NCBI GenBank assembly: GCA_964187785.1
Contig: OZ076409.1
Location: 85,748,001-85,812,000 of the forward strand
Direction: 5' to 3'
DNA length: 64,000 nucleotides
Source of the DNA: Amphiscolops sp. MND2022
Lineage: Eukaryota
The notes beneath the pieces were generated by a model. It made no database searches. It saw only the letters and a list, made by a program, of their open reading frames with translations, and had not been told where the DNA came from. Every line of letters begins with the position of its first letter. Positions within the stretch are counted from its first letter, which is position 1. The position numbers were made by a program, and so were the translations under genes. Shown here piece by piece: positions 38,058 through 51,563 of the stretch.

Positions 38058-40110
38058 GACCCTATAAAACTTTTTCAAATGAACAAATTTTATTTATTTT
38101 TCAATTGTATATATTTTGTTATTGTATAAAAAAAAGTTTTACTTTCATTCTTTGTAATATTTCCCAGAACATATGGAAAGAAAAAAGACTTGCATTTTGA
38201 ATTCTGACTGGAACTACATAAAAACTGATATACAATTTGTACAGCAATAAAAAATGCAAAATTTTTTCTCAACGGGGAGGCGGAGTTTCTTAACAGGGGG
38301 GGGGGTCGTTAAAAACATGGCTAAAAACATGCGGGCAAACATGGGTGAAAACCTAGAAAGGGGACCTTTTGGTACTTTTAAGGGTACAATTCTGAACGGG
38401 GGGGCGTCTAATATCTTCGTTTGCATTTTCATTTTGATCGCTATTGCTAATTGTTTGAATTTTTTGCAGATTAATTGCAAGTTTGAATTAAAAACACTTG
38501 GAAAGGATTGTTTCTATTTATATTTTCGGGGATTTAATAGCCATAGAGAGAGATGTCTTTCAGAGGGCAGTTATTTTGCCATGAACTACGTTTTTACATC
38601 CCTTCCACTAATACCCCAAATCAAATAATGGTAAATTTATGTGACACTAGACTTGCATTTTTTTTAAATGTTATTTTCAAAAAAACGAAATGCTGAGAAT
38701 TTTCCATTCTGATGCTTGGAAAAGATTTGCTTGTCAAGATTCTAAATTGCCGCTTTGGTTTAAAGTTTGTGGAAATTTTGAGTTATTTTGAAAAATGAGA
38801 AATTTTTGAATTTGAAAATTCACACCAATTTTAAAAGTATGACCATTGCTTTCGAGTTACTTGTGAATCCACAATTTTCAATTTTATTATTTTAGGCAAT
38901 AGGGATACTTCAGAAACATAGAGAAACCAACTATTTAGGAGCAAACAAGTACTCAATTTCAATTTTCTACGTTAATCACAGCGCGTACAAAAATTGTGAG
39001 AATTTCGTTCAGTCCCGGCATGGTTCGTAAACGGATTTCCAATTTCTTCGTTCGCCTTGCAGTTGTCTGAATAGCAAATAGCAAACACCTTCAAAGCAAA
39101 CACCAATTCGAATTTAAAATTATCTCCACTATTGAATTATCTACATTTTTTTTGATGACCAAATAGCAAAAGCGAACACAATTCTGTGAACAAGTTTAAA
39201 TCTCAGGTTTTGTGAAACTCATTTCAGTTAATTGAAACAAATTCACAATTCCGAAACGAATTTAGTTTTATAAACTATTGGTTTTCTGAAATGAGTTTCA
39301 CAGATTCTAAAAATTAACTTGTCCTCAAATGAAATGTCCTTTGAAGATGAAATCAACTGTCATTTGTCAATGAATTTGTCATTAAATGAAATGTCATTTG
39401 AAAATGAAATCCATTGTCATTCGTCAAGGAAACTGTCATAAAATGAATGTCATTAAATGAAAAGTTTTTAAATCTGTCATTAAAATAAATTATAAATTGC
39501 CCTTATGTTATTTGGTCTACCTTTGCGTGAAACAGAATTTTTTCAATTCTTATCAGAATAACCAGTCAGAATTGCGTTTCTGAAATTTTATTTACTTGGT
39601 TATATTGAATTTTATTCTGTTGATATTCTGTTCAACAGGTAAGAACGTTGAAATGGTAACTGTGATAAAGATGTTACAATTGTTGAAAATTGTATTGTCG
39701 AAGATTTCCGGGGTGGGGAATAATCGGTAGGGGTAAGAGGGCAATAAACGTTACAGGAAAATTAATTTCAAGTAATTACTACTTGAATTTCAATATTTTA
39801 AGATACTTCGATCAATATATTACCAATATATCAAGATACGTCGACGAATTGAATACTACTACAGTAGTGATATTAGCAAAAGCAACAAAACATATAATAT
39901 ATATAATTAAAATAGTATTATCATTAAAATATAATCTAAGAAGTAGTAATAATACTATTATATTATCTAAGAATAACAAATATTAAATAATTTAATAATT
40001 ATTATTTTTTAGGATGAAATATTTATAAACATATACTATAAGTATAAAAAACGGATGTTCGATACAGAGTGCTCAACTAATTTTTTCACGAGGTTTCAGG
40101 AGTCAAGAGC

Positions 40111-40320
40111 ATGAGGGTCAAGCGAACGCCCCGGAAGAATTACAGTAGTTGTTTAATTTGCTTAGATGAATATAGATCAGTAGAATTACAGAGTTTGCAT
40201 GAAAAACATAGATTACATTTAGTATGTAGAGACTGTTTAGATACCCTTTTAGTTAGTTTTGTAAATGTACTTAAATGTCCTTTATGTAGATTACCTGTAG
40301 ATAATGTTTTATATTCTTAG
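40111..40320 (+). CDS. 69-aa RING-finger-only microprotein
   Basis: CLIC...H.KH.LHLVCRDC...CPLCR; TATAAAA ~65 nt upstream of the ATG. Confidence 0.7.
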   Translation: MRVKRTPRKNYSSCLICLDEYRSVELQSLHEKHRLHLVCRDCLDTLLVSFVNVLKCPLCRLPVDNVLYS

Positions 40321-40696
40321 TTCTGTAAATTTTGTAGATTTTGTAAATTCATTGTACTATTTCGTTTACGGACAGTCGTGTTAAAAGAAAAAAATTTATC
40401 TCATTTTAACGAAAATACTCATTGGCGAATGCGACAGCCAATCAAATGTGAGCAAAATTTTTTTGTGTTACAAGTTTTAAAAAAATTGAAATGAAATTGG
40501 AACATGTTATAACAAACATATTATAAAAAAATTGTTATAACATGGGCCAATCAGATGCAAATACAAACGAAATGTTTTCCAGTTAATGAGGGATGTTGCG
40601 ATTTGTTCGGACTTTTACCCTTCCCCATTTTTGCTGAATTTGCATTTTCATAATGAACAGAATTGAACAGTGAGTGTGAATAAAAGAATTCAGCGT

Positions 40697-41005
40697 CAGG
40701 GTCTGTCAAAAATTAATTGGAGAAAAATCAATTGCATATAATTGCAATCATTTAATTGATTGCAGACTTCCAGCAATTGCAATTAATTTCCGGCAAAATA
40801 TGACACCTAAGAACTTAGAAAGGTAGCTGTTCTTGAAAACAAACAAAAATTTTGGGACGAAGAACTTGTTTCAAAATGCTGTGCATAACAACGATTAATT
40901 GCAATTAATTGCAACTAAAGGATTTATTTTTTCTAAATTTAAATTAATTGATTGCAATCTTTGATAATTGATTGTTTCCCAAAAATTAATTTTTGACAAC
41001 CCCTG
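40697..41005. mobile_element. hAT MITE
   Basis: CAGGG..TGTCAAAAATTAATT TIR; TSD TTCAGCGT/TTGAGCGT. Confidence 0.85.
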
Positions 41006-42174
41006 TTGAGCGTCCTATTTTACATGTATCAGCAGTTTTCACAACAAATGTACATACAAGTTTGCGTCTACCATTTTCACGGGCCTTGCCGTCTTCGAGA
41101 TAACTGTGATTATTCATACGTTTATATTGTGAGAAATAATTGTAAAAGTTGGCAAATAATTGATTTTAACACCACTGTTTGAGACCCTTCAGAGGCCACG
41201 TTCTCGGCGTGGGTCTTGTTATGGGCGACACTATGTGATCCCCTACCTGAGAGCCTCTTTAAAATCACAGAATACTGGGCTAGCGTGACTATATGTTGTG
41301 AATTCTGATCACAACATTAACAAAGGCCCGACATTTTTGAAAAGATGTTTTTGTTGAATTCAGTAGTAAAGCAGAAATCTAAACGATCCAGCTTAGATGG
41401 CATCAACTTGCATTTCAGGTTCCCCTCCAACACCAGCTACTCCCTGGCTACTATTGATTCAATCTATTTTAATTGGTGATTGGAGAAACGTTAAATAATA
41501 ATAAAAATGATAATAATAAATAAATACCGTACATGTATAACAGTAGTAAGGTAAGTGAACCATTCTCATCATACAGCGTTTCTTTTCTAAAATAGTTTCA
41601 ATCTTCTACAAAATGGGGACAGGTGCTCAGATATCTAGAGATAGGCGACAACAGATACTTACTTGATGAATCTGGACTTCATGGAGCAAGTCTCTTATTC
41701 TGCCCCGGTGGAGCATCAGAGTGTTTAACTTCGGTGATCTAACGAGCGCATGCTGTTGCTCTGAGCCATAGTCCCCTATTTACGATAAATTAACTTGAAT
41801 ATATATATATATATACGCAATACATGTAAATACTCCACGAAGCGTTCCATCAAATTTCGTTTGTTTTGGCTTAACCATACTGTTATAAACAAAAATACAG
41901 TATATGGAATTTGTTTTTTTTATGCTAAATGAATTCAATTTCATATTGTAAATGGTAAGTGGGACTAATTTTGTTGTGTTGAGAACTGAACTGATAAAGA
42001 AACTCAATGTGATTGAGCCTGAAAAAAAAGGCTTTTTTATGAGCATGAAAAGCACGCCTTATTTTCACCTCAAACAAAATTTTTTGATGGCAAAGTTAAA
42101 CTCTTTTTCGCAAAATAAAAATATTGGCACAGAGACGCAACATGTTTGATATCCCAAAGTGTTTGCAATCAATA

Positions 42175-42365
42175 TCAATCACATTGCGTTTCTTTTACAT
42201 CATACTTCTAGTGAAACAATAGAAATGAAATATCTATCACATTGCGTTTCTTTTAGATAATACGCCTAGTGAAACAATACAAATCAAATATCTATCACAT
42301 TGCGTTTCTTTTAGATCATACTTCTAGTGAAACAATACACATCTAATCTCAATCATATTGCGTTT
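42175..42365 (+). repeat. ~59-bp tandem repeat (ATCACATTGCGTTTCTTTTAGATCATAC..CTAGTGAAACAATAC), ~3.3 copies
   Basis: Directly visible; related sequence at 30260-30375. Confidence 0.85.
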
Positions 42366-44496
42366 CTCTCTCTACATTAACTCAAACAATATCCCACCTT
42401 TTATGTGCCACCAAATGCCCGTCCCACCAAGGCGTAGTAGAAAAGGGTCTATGTCCCACTAAGTCTGGTTTCCTCAACACAATCCACTAAGTATTTCCTA
42501 CCACCAAAAGAATTTCCTTTGAAACGAAAAATTACCAAAACAACAAAAATTAGATTTCCATTGATTGAACGTTGGCCCCAAGTGTTAAATAGACCACTTT
42601 TTCACTTATTTTAGGCCTTGGGGGACGAGAATTAGGTGAGACAGGTGGGACCTCCCAGATTGGCCATTATTGAGCAGTTCCAAAAATGGGGATATGATTG
42701 TTAGAGCATGCTTAAGAACTTCATGGTCTACTCTATGTTGACTAAAAGGACTGTCATCTATCCCCGCCAAACTGCGGCGGGGGATAGGACCAAAGGTTCA
42801 AATACCAGGTACACCAACCAACACGAAAGCACATTTTCTTCTGGAAAAAAAATATTTAACTAATAAGAGAATGTTATACTTATACTTAGATTATACTTAG
42901 AGGATTGTCTCTACAACTGGTTGGACAGTTCAGGTAAAAATTCCATAATTTTTTGATATTATTGTCCAAAATTGCAAAAGTTCACGCTTGGAACAAGATA
43001 CAGTAATTGAAATTGAGTTTTTATGTTATTTGCTCTTTGGAAATTCACGTTTATCTGGACAATTAGAAATTTGAATAAGTTTAATCAAAAAAATAACTAA
43101 CCAACAAAAAACGAGTTAAGTCACCTGTCGGTTAGGCTTTGTATGACATATTAAGAAAGAGAGCTGAAGAAACAAGATAAAAGTAATTCCAGGAATTCTC
43201 GAAACTCTTCAAAGTAATCTGTAAGCTATGCTTGAAACCATTTCCGACAAAAGGTTTGAGATACTTGGACTTGGAACGACTTGAAATTCAGAGGAATTAG
43301 GGGGAAAATAAGTGAGGGCGTTCCATTATTCCGAAGCATCATTATTCCGAAAATAATGATCAGAATAAAACTTCCGAAAATAAACAAAATTGTAACAAAT
43401 GCCGGAAATAAGTTCATCAAAACTGAATTTCAACTCAAATCAGTATTACAAAATTTACAGTACATGTGTTTGCGAATATTCATAGCCACAGCGTGCTAAA
43501 TTAGCACTGCTAATTAAAGAAGTCACTGTGCCAACTAAGGGCATTGACAGTTCGGGGAAGGTGCGAATTTGTTTAAGCAAAAGTTGTGATGTTATGCTCG
43601 GCTGCTATAATGCGAAGCGACTCGCTTCGCATTATATTAGCCGAGCATAACGTCACAACTTTTGCTCAAACAATATCGCACCTTCCCTGAACTGTCGCTT
43701 CAAGCGACCGAGCCATACTACAAGTTTGCTAACCTTCCAAAGAAATCAAGTTCCATGCATATTAGCTGTAACAGCACTAAAAGCTAATTTGATTTTCTGC
43801 TGTATTTGAATCCTGCTGTATTGGACCAAATTTTCATTTTCTGCTGCTCCCACACGGCACGTTGTTAAACATTACGTTGTATAACTAGTTAAAAACTGTA
43901 GTTAACCGGTATAACTGTAGTAAACGCAAAGTTTCACGTGAATGAGAACATTTTTTGTCGGGCACAAATAACAGCTGAAATTACAAATCTAAACGAAAAG
44001 TTACTTTTGCCCAGTAAAATTAAGTTTTAAAGAGGCTCTCAGTTAGGGGATCACATAGTGTCGCCCATAACAAGACCCACGCCGAGCAAGTTCTGGCCTC
44101 TAAAGGGTCTCAAAAATCTAAGTTTAAATATTCTAGTACAAAAATATGCTAAGTACACTTTTAAAAGTAGGAAATGCTAAAAGGAATAGATTTTAACCAA
44201 AATCAATTAATTGATGAATAGAAACTCACAAATTACTTATCCAATAATCAAAATACATCAATTAATTGCCAAAACAAGAGTGGATAAAGCGGTCAAAAAT
44301 TTAAAAAATAAAATTAAAAATTTCAAATAGATGTGAACTACATGAAATTCTAAAGAGCTTTTTTTCTCTGATGTTTTTCAAAATCTTTGACCGATTTCGA
44401 GAACATCGAGCCTGAAATCGCCCGAGGGACGTTTTCCTAATCACGGTATTGTATTGTTCGCTTACGAGAAGCCAGCAATAAGCGCTCTGATTGGTT

Positions 44497-44680
44497 GAAA
44501 ATAGCAACGCGGAGTGATTTGAGGGAATAATAGCAATGAAATAGCAACGCGATGTGATTTCGAGTAATTCCAGTGAAATAGCAACGCGATGTGACTTCGG
44601 TCAACTCTAAGTGGAATAGCAACGCGATGTGATTTCGAGCAACTCCAAGTGGAATAGCAACGCGATGTGATTTCGAGTAC
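44497..44680 (+). repeat. ~37-bp minisatellite
   Basis: 5 units. Confidence 0.9.
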
Positions 44681-45129
44681 AGTTGTGTTCTGAAGTATCG
44701 CAACTCCATTTCTTGAAATTGCGAGTTTCAAATCCAAATATCTTTGAGACTGTCACAAATACAGAAAACTGTCAGCTACAAAAGTTTCTTAGAATTTTAT
44801 TTAGTTTACAAAATGGTTTGTTTGAAATTTCTGCGACGAAAATTACGAAAGTTAGAAATTGGAATTTTTGACAAAATTTCATCAAATTTCCACATTTTCT
44901 TGGTTTTCACGAAGTTGAAAAAATTGTTTTGAAAACTTTTTAATTGATCATTTGCCCCCAAATGTCCTGAGGATGCTGATATGATTTGATTGAAAAAATT
45001 TTTCGATATCAAATAAAAATCAGCAATTTTCTAAATGCAATTCTTACAGCCTATCTTTAATTGTAATTTCAATGAAAAAGCAACGCCGTGTGATTTCGAC
45101 TTTTGTCAAATGTCAACGCCACTTTTTTC

Positions 45130-46030
45130 CGTGAAATTACTTTGTAAATGCGAGAAATTTCGCTAATGCATTTATGATATCGTCATTCTGCAGCATTTCT
45201 CAAAATGATAGAATTTATTCCAAAAAATAAACTGAAATAATTTTAAGTAGGACCTTGACATCGTTGTTGAGTATTTCTTTTGTTTCATTTTACTCTTTTG
45301 CGTGAAGGGGGGGGGGGGTGGTTTTGTGAATAGATGAATGAATTACTTTGTAAATGCGAGAAATTTCGCTAATTCATTTACGATATCGTCATTCTGCAGC
45401 ATTTCTCAAAATGATAGAATTTATTCCAAAAAATAAACTGAAATAATTTTAAGTAGGACCTTGAAATCGTTGTTGAGTATTTCTTTTGTTTCATTTTACT
45501 CTTTTGCGTGAAGGGGGGGGGGTGGTTTTGTGAATAGATGAATGAATTACTTTGTAAATGCGAGAAATTTCGCTAATGCATTTACGATATCTTCATTCTG
45601 CAGCCTTTCTGAAAATGATAGCATTTATTCCAAAAAATTAACTGAAATAATTTTGATTAGGACCTTGAAATCGTTGTTGAGTATTTATTTTGTTTCATTT
45701 TACTCTGTTGCGTGGGGGGGGTGGTTTTGTGAAAAGGTGGATAAATTACTTTGTAAATGCGAGAAATTTCGCTAATGCATTTATGATATCTTCATTCTGC
45801 AGCCTTTCTGAAAATGATAGAATTTATTCCAAAAAATAAACTGAAATAATTTTAATTAGGACCTCGAAATCGTTGTTGAGTATTTCGTTTGTTTCATTTT
45901 ACTCTTTTGCGTGGGGGGGGTGGTTCTGTGAATAAGTGCATAAATTACTTGGTAAATGCGAGAAATTTCGCTAATGCATATATGATATCTCTATTCTGAA
46001 GCCTTTCTAAAAATGATAGAAATGTTTTTC
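45130..46030 (+). repeat. Satellite-like tandem repeat, ~200-bp unit, ~4.5 copies
   Basis: AATTACTTTGTAAATGCGAGAAATTTCGCTAAT recurs at ~45135, 45341, 45545, 45744, 45943. Confidence 0.93.
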
Positions 46031-46049
46031 AAAAACTGTTCGAAACTTG

Positions 46050-46658
46050 GAGTTGGTGGGACAAGCATTGTTGGTGCATACCCCGTCGGTCACATCATGA
46101 ATGAATCATAGTAATGTGGTGTTAGAAAGAAGCAACATGAACGTTTAAAGAGGTCAATGACCAAAAGAAAATTATCATACTTGGTGGGACTTACACCGAC
46201 AGAAACGACTTGACAATCCGAGGTCGGCGTTCGTTCTTTTTCAAAAACCCATCACTTGGTGGGACATACACTCGACATGTCGTCGACCAATCAGAAGCCG
46301 ATGTTTACAACCCGCGTTGGTGGGACATACACACAGCATTCTCGCCAACGAATCAGAGGCCGAGACGCATGGGGCCATTTCACGCATTGTTGGTGGGACA
46401 TACACACAATCCGTTTAACCAATCAAAAACGCGGATTTCATCGATGACAACTTTTGGCCGCTTGTCCGCGCTGTAAAAATGTGTAGGTGTGGAGTGTAAG
46501 GCACTTGGTGGAACATTTTCTCAAATGGTTTCTTTGTCAATTTTAAACGTTTTGCACTATGTGAAAAATGACGTCCCACTTATTATGTCCCACCTTGTGC
46601 CCGTCCCACCAAGGCCTAGTAAAAAGTGGGGTCTATGTCCCACCAACTCTGGTTTCGT
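46050..46658. repeat. Cluster of the dispersed GGTGGGAC/GTCCCACC repeat family (also ~10220, 12800, 20235, 20690, 23010, 23815, 25437, 30400, 35355, 37600, 42392)
   Basis: Core TGGTGGGACATAGACCCCTTTTTACTAGGCCTTGGTGGGACGGGC occurs many times in both orientations. Confidence 0.8.
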
Positions 46659-46659
46659 A

Positions 46660-49600
46660 CACACTCGGATAATAACGAAATTACACAAGAATCATACAAT
46701 GAACTTATGAAAGATGCTCCTGACAAGTACCTTTTCCACAACATTCACACTTCTTATACACATACAGACGACCCACCGCAAATTCCCCACCCGAGTAATT
46801 TTTCTTGCAAAAACCAAAAACAACCCCTTCTAGATGAAGACATCACAAACCACATCCAGTTTGATCAGGAACGCAACCTGTCATACCTACTAATGTCAAC
46901 ATCGTTAACATTGAAACGAAAACGCCACATGTACTACATGCCAATGGACTTCGAAAAACTCACACTTGATGGACTCATTGACACAGGAGCCCTGACTAGT
47001 GCAATCTCCGAACAAGACCTTAACAAAGTCAAATTAATTGCAAATGAAGCAATAAAAGATACTGGCCCACCACCAAACTTTCAAATTATGGTGGCCAATG
47101 GTCAATTAGAAGTACCCATCGGCACAGTTTTACTTGAATTCGAAGTGGCTGATTTCATGTTACGAGAAAAAATCATCATCATGAAAAACCTACCAAACCC
47201 ACTCATTGGTCTCTGCTTTCTTCGCAGAAACAATGCAGTTTTTGATGTCAGACAAGGCATCCTAACTTTTTCATACCTCTCAATGCAATTAAAACCAGAT
47301 ACGCAAGTAACAATGCGTCAAGCGACGCCTTTATTTGCTGAAAATACATACACACTACAACCAGGTGAAACCCTCGCCATAGCAAGCAGAATGCCCCACT
47401 TGTTGGACCATGATGCAACAGGAATTGTCACACCTTCACCACAATTCGAAAGCCACGACAGCCTTTTCATCACATCGTCACTTAGCACGGTCAACAATAA
47501 TGCTAACGACTACCAAATAGTCAACTTTTCAGAACTTCCATATACAATAGTTTGTGACACCCATTTAGCAGACTTCAAAATCCTCACACCAGAACAAATC
47601 AAACATATACAATCTGTAGATCCAGCGATAATGTCATTCATGATACAGCATGAAGAAACCACCGAAATCTATAGAAATGAATTACTGAAAGTTCCTTCAC
47701 AAAACCCCGAACAAGAATTTTATTGGTTCCCAACACTAGAAGATCCATGGATCCTACAACGTATACCCCAATCTAACAACGAATCTACAATGAACTCCTT
47801 GAGCTCAAAGAACTTGAACAACTCAACCCACAAGACAATGAAAAATCCAGAAAAAACTTTCCTTTCGAATTTCGACTGGACCGACACAACGCTCAACCCA
47901 GAAGAACAGAAACACATTGAAGAAATCCTCATTGAATTCCACGACATTTTTGCCAGACATCGATTCGACATTGACACCAATCGTGAATTCAAGGTTAAGC
48001 TTACACCAAACAATGACCGACCAGCATACAGTCAAAGTTTACTAACACCAATCAACCTTAAAGATGACATTACGCTAGAACTAGCACTTCTACACAAAGA
48101 TGGAACCATAACAACCCTACCTTTCTCAAAATACACTAGTCCAATTTTTGCACAACGCAAATCGAACAGACGCCTCAGATTACTAGTGGATCTTAGGAAA
48201 ATCAACAATTTAATCACCAAAGACTACATCAACAATAACCACCCGGTAAGCACATTATCGGATGCAGCACAACATATGGCAGGCAAGAAACTTTTCTGCA
48301 AATTAGACTGCTCCCAAGCTTACCACTGCCTTCAAGTGGCAGACTACCAATCTATTCAGATACTTGCTTTCAACTTTTGCCTACCGCCAACTCGCTCAAG
48401 GGCTTAGCAGATCTGTTTCCGCCTTCTCAAGTTTCATGAGGGAGTACCTTGACAAGGCGACCAAGGCCGACCAATGTGCATAGTACGTTGATGACATTGG
48501 TATAGCAGCAAATGACTCAAAACAGCTATGCGCCAACATCAGGACGGTTTTTGAATGCATCCGAAATGCTGGTCTAAAACTCACAATGTCCAAATGTCAC
48601 TTCGGAGTCAAACAAATCGACTTTCTGGGCCGAACAATTATACCTGAAGGCGTCGCTCCGCAAGTCCACAAAGTCAAAAATTTCTTGTCAAAATTGAGAT
48701 TTCCCAAATCCAAAAAAGCACTCCAAAGGTATATAGGATTCTTAAACTATAACCGCAATTACATCCCGAGACTTTCTGAACGACTATCCCCGTTCTTCAA
48801 ACTTCTCAAAGAAACCTCCAAATTCTACCTACCCACGAATCTGGTAGAAGACTTCTCCAATCTGTACAAACTTCTCGAAAATTCTTGCCAATTAGCTTCG
48901 AGACAACCTCTAAAAGATAAACAACTCGTACTCATGTCTGATGCAAGCTTTACAGCAGCAGGATATGCTATCACGATAGAAGACGATCCCAGCCAAAAAC
49001 GCCAGTCCAAACGCAAAACCTATGCACCTATAGCATTTGGTTCGAAAACCTTCAACCCAACATAAACAAAATTGTCGATCTATGCGAAAGAATTCCTTTC
49101 CATCTACTTTACTTTTGTCGAATTTGGACACCTCATGTGGGGGAGCACATTCCCAATCATAGTGTTCACAGACAACAGAGCAGTTACCCGCTTCTTTCAA
49201 GCAAAACTTATTCCCCCAGCACTCTGGAATGCATGTGATTATGTCCTGCAATACAATTTTGTCATTGTCCATGTTGCTGGTTCAATGAATACTGCGGCGG
49301 ATTTCCTGTCCAGAACGGAAGTCAACCCAGTCGAAAAACTCGAAATGAGCATAAGAAACGATATACAAACGAAATCGATAGAAGTCAATATACAATCCTC
49401 AGGTATCGTAGAAGAAGAACAAATTTACATCCTCCCTGATGATGAATTTGATGAAAACAAACTTTGGGAGGAAAAACAAAACGTGAGAAATCAGGCTCAA
49501 ACTGAAACTAACAATGACCCTAGAAAACAATGTTTCTGAACTTCAACAATTTCACAAACCGACATCAGGCTTAAACACATGCTCTGAAGGACATTTCCGA

Positions 49601-51378
49601 GACAATGCCAGAATCAGAGTCGAACAAAACAATGACATTGTTCGTAGAAATCTCAGAGCTAAAGTAGAAGGAAACCCTTTTGATGAAAATGACTTGGCAT
49701 CTGACTACAGATACCAACATTACCTCCAAAACATAACCAGAATTGAAATCAAGCAAGAGGTTATAACGAGAAAATACTACACAGACACAGGAACCACTTC
49801 GCATTATCAGATTTTGCTACCAACACAACTCCTAGAAGAACTACTTCAAGCCTTACATGGTCACAACTCGAACCATCCAGGTATCACAAAGATGATACAA
49901 GAGGCGAGGCAGAAATACTATTACCCGTGTGTTGCAAAATACAATAAAAAATGAGTGAGTAATTGCCAAACCTGCATACAAACCAAAAGGATCAATAATG
50001 ACCTTCTCAGGACCGAACTACTTAATTGCCCAGAATGGGACCTCGGCCCCGAAGACATTCTCCAAATGGACATTCTACCAAATCTTCCACCCAGTGGTGG
50101 ATACGATCACATTATAACAGCAATTGATGTTTTCTCGCGATCCTTGTTTGCTTACCCAGTGACTGGTATCACCGCAACATCAGTCGCTCGAGTAATAATG
50201 GACATTTTATGCAAACATACATACCTTCCAACAACCATAATCACAGACCTTGGAACACAATTCAATGTCCAAGTTACCGACGAAATCACAGCAGTCCTAG
50301 GTGTTGAGCTTAAACATGCAACAATGAAACACGCTCAAACAATAGGACTCCTGGAAAGAACACATGCTTCAGTCAAAACCCAACTTAAAGCAGCAACTGG
50401 AGAATTCCGACATAACTGGCATAAATTTTTACCGTTAGCGGTTCTAAACCACAACACAACATACCACGCATCGCTTGGTTGCGAGCCTTCACGAGTTTTT
50501 CACGGCCGCATACCACACAACATACTGGACTACAAGTTAGGATATAATCCTAATCCGAAATACCATTTGCAAACTGATGTCGCAGAAGAAATACAAAGAA
50601 GAATGCGAATATTACTAGACCAAACCAAAAAGAACATTATGCAATCCTATCTTAAATTAAAAGCCTATTATGATAGGAAGGCCAAGGAAATCACCGCTGG
50701 AAACAACGGACTACTGCTACATTCTAAATCCGAAGGCTGACACACAGGCAACGAAAATACCATTCCGTGAATTCAGATGGCAGGGTCCTTATAAGGTTGA
50801 AAAAGTCCTTCCCAACAACAATTACATATTTTGGAGACTAGGAACAAACAAAACACAACTCGTACACCGAATTCGATTGAGGAAATTTACACCGCACGCA
50901 CCTTTAGCTGACATTTTTGTCCGAGAATCCGATTGGCAAAAAGATGATCAAATGCCAGTGGCTCATGATGACTTATATGCTCAATCATGGAACACAAACT
51001 TTGGACCTAATCCCTTCGAAGACAGTCCTCCGGATCATACACAAAACACTGATGATATTGAATACGTACCTGTTGATGCACCAGAAAGTAGCCACCCTCC
51101 CTCCCTCGAATTTCCAAAAAACAGTGGGGGAGCCCAGTGGAACAGTCCACTGAACGCGAAGAAGAAAATTATGATGAAATCCAGCAAGAAATCCAAGATA
51201 ATGATACAGAAATCTCCCAAAAACCCCAAAAGAAAGTACACCAGATACACAAACCCAAAAAACTCCAGAAAATTCACAAAATACCCCATTGCAAGAAGAA
51301 CCCATAAATACTCGTGGTGAAAAATACAACTTACGCCCTAACCCTAACCCAAACTTCTCAGACTGTTACAGATATTAA
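46660..51378 (+). pseudogene. pol: Degenerate Gypsy pol (PR, dUTPase-like, RT, RH, IN with GPY motif, C-terminal YNLR)
   Basis: ORF fragments 46626-48407, 48586-49065, 49072-49539, 49514-49954, 49955-50740, 50670-51320; stops at 48481, 49063, 49952 plus frameshifts. Confidence 0.95.
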
Positions 51379-51563
51379 AAAACTACAAACAAACAACAGT
51401 CTTTCCGTACCCCTCTTCAATTCGGGAGTCCTTCTTTTTTCTTTTCAACAAGCAAGTACGCTCCTGACAAATAAACAATGGAACGACTTACTAAATCACA
51501 AATAAATATAAAATGTGATACAAAGAACTAAAGTTCAATCAAACAATAAAAAGAGTTCCAGCA

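Noticed and set aside
46626..46660. N-terminus of the 593-aa ORF as a real start
   Set aside because: It lies in a GTCCCACC repeat abutting a truncated pol; pol is normally entered by frameshift.
51336..51350. Telomere-like CCCTAACCCTAACCC
   Set aside because: Only 2.5 units; encodes PNPNP at the integrase C-terminus.
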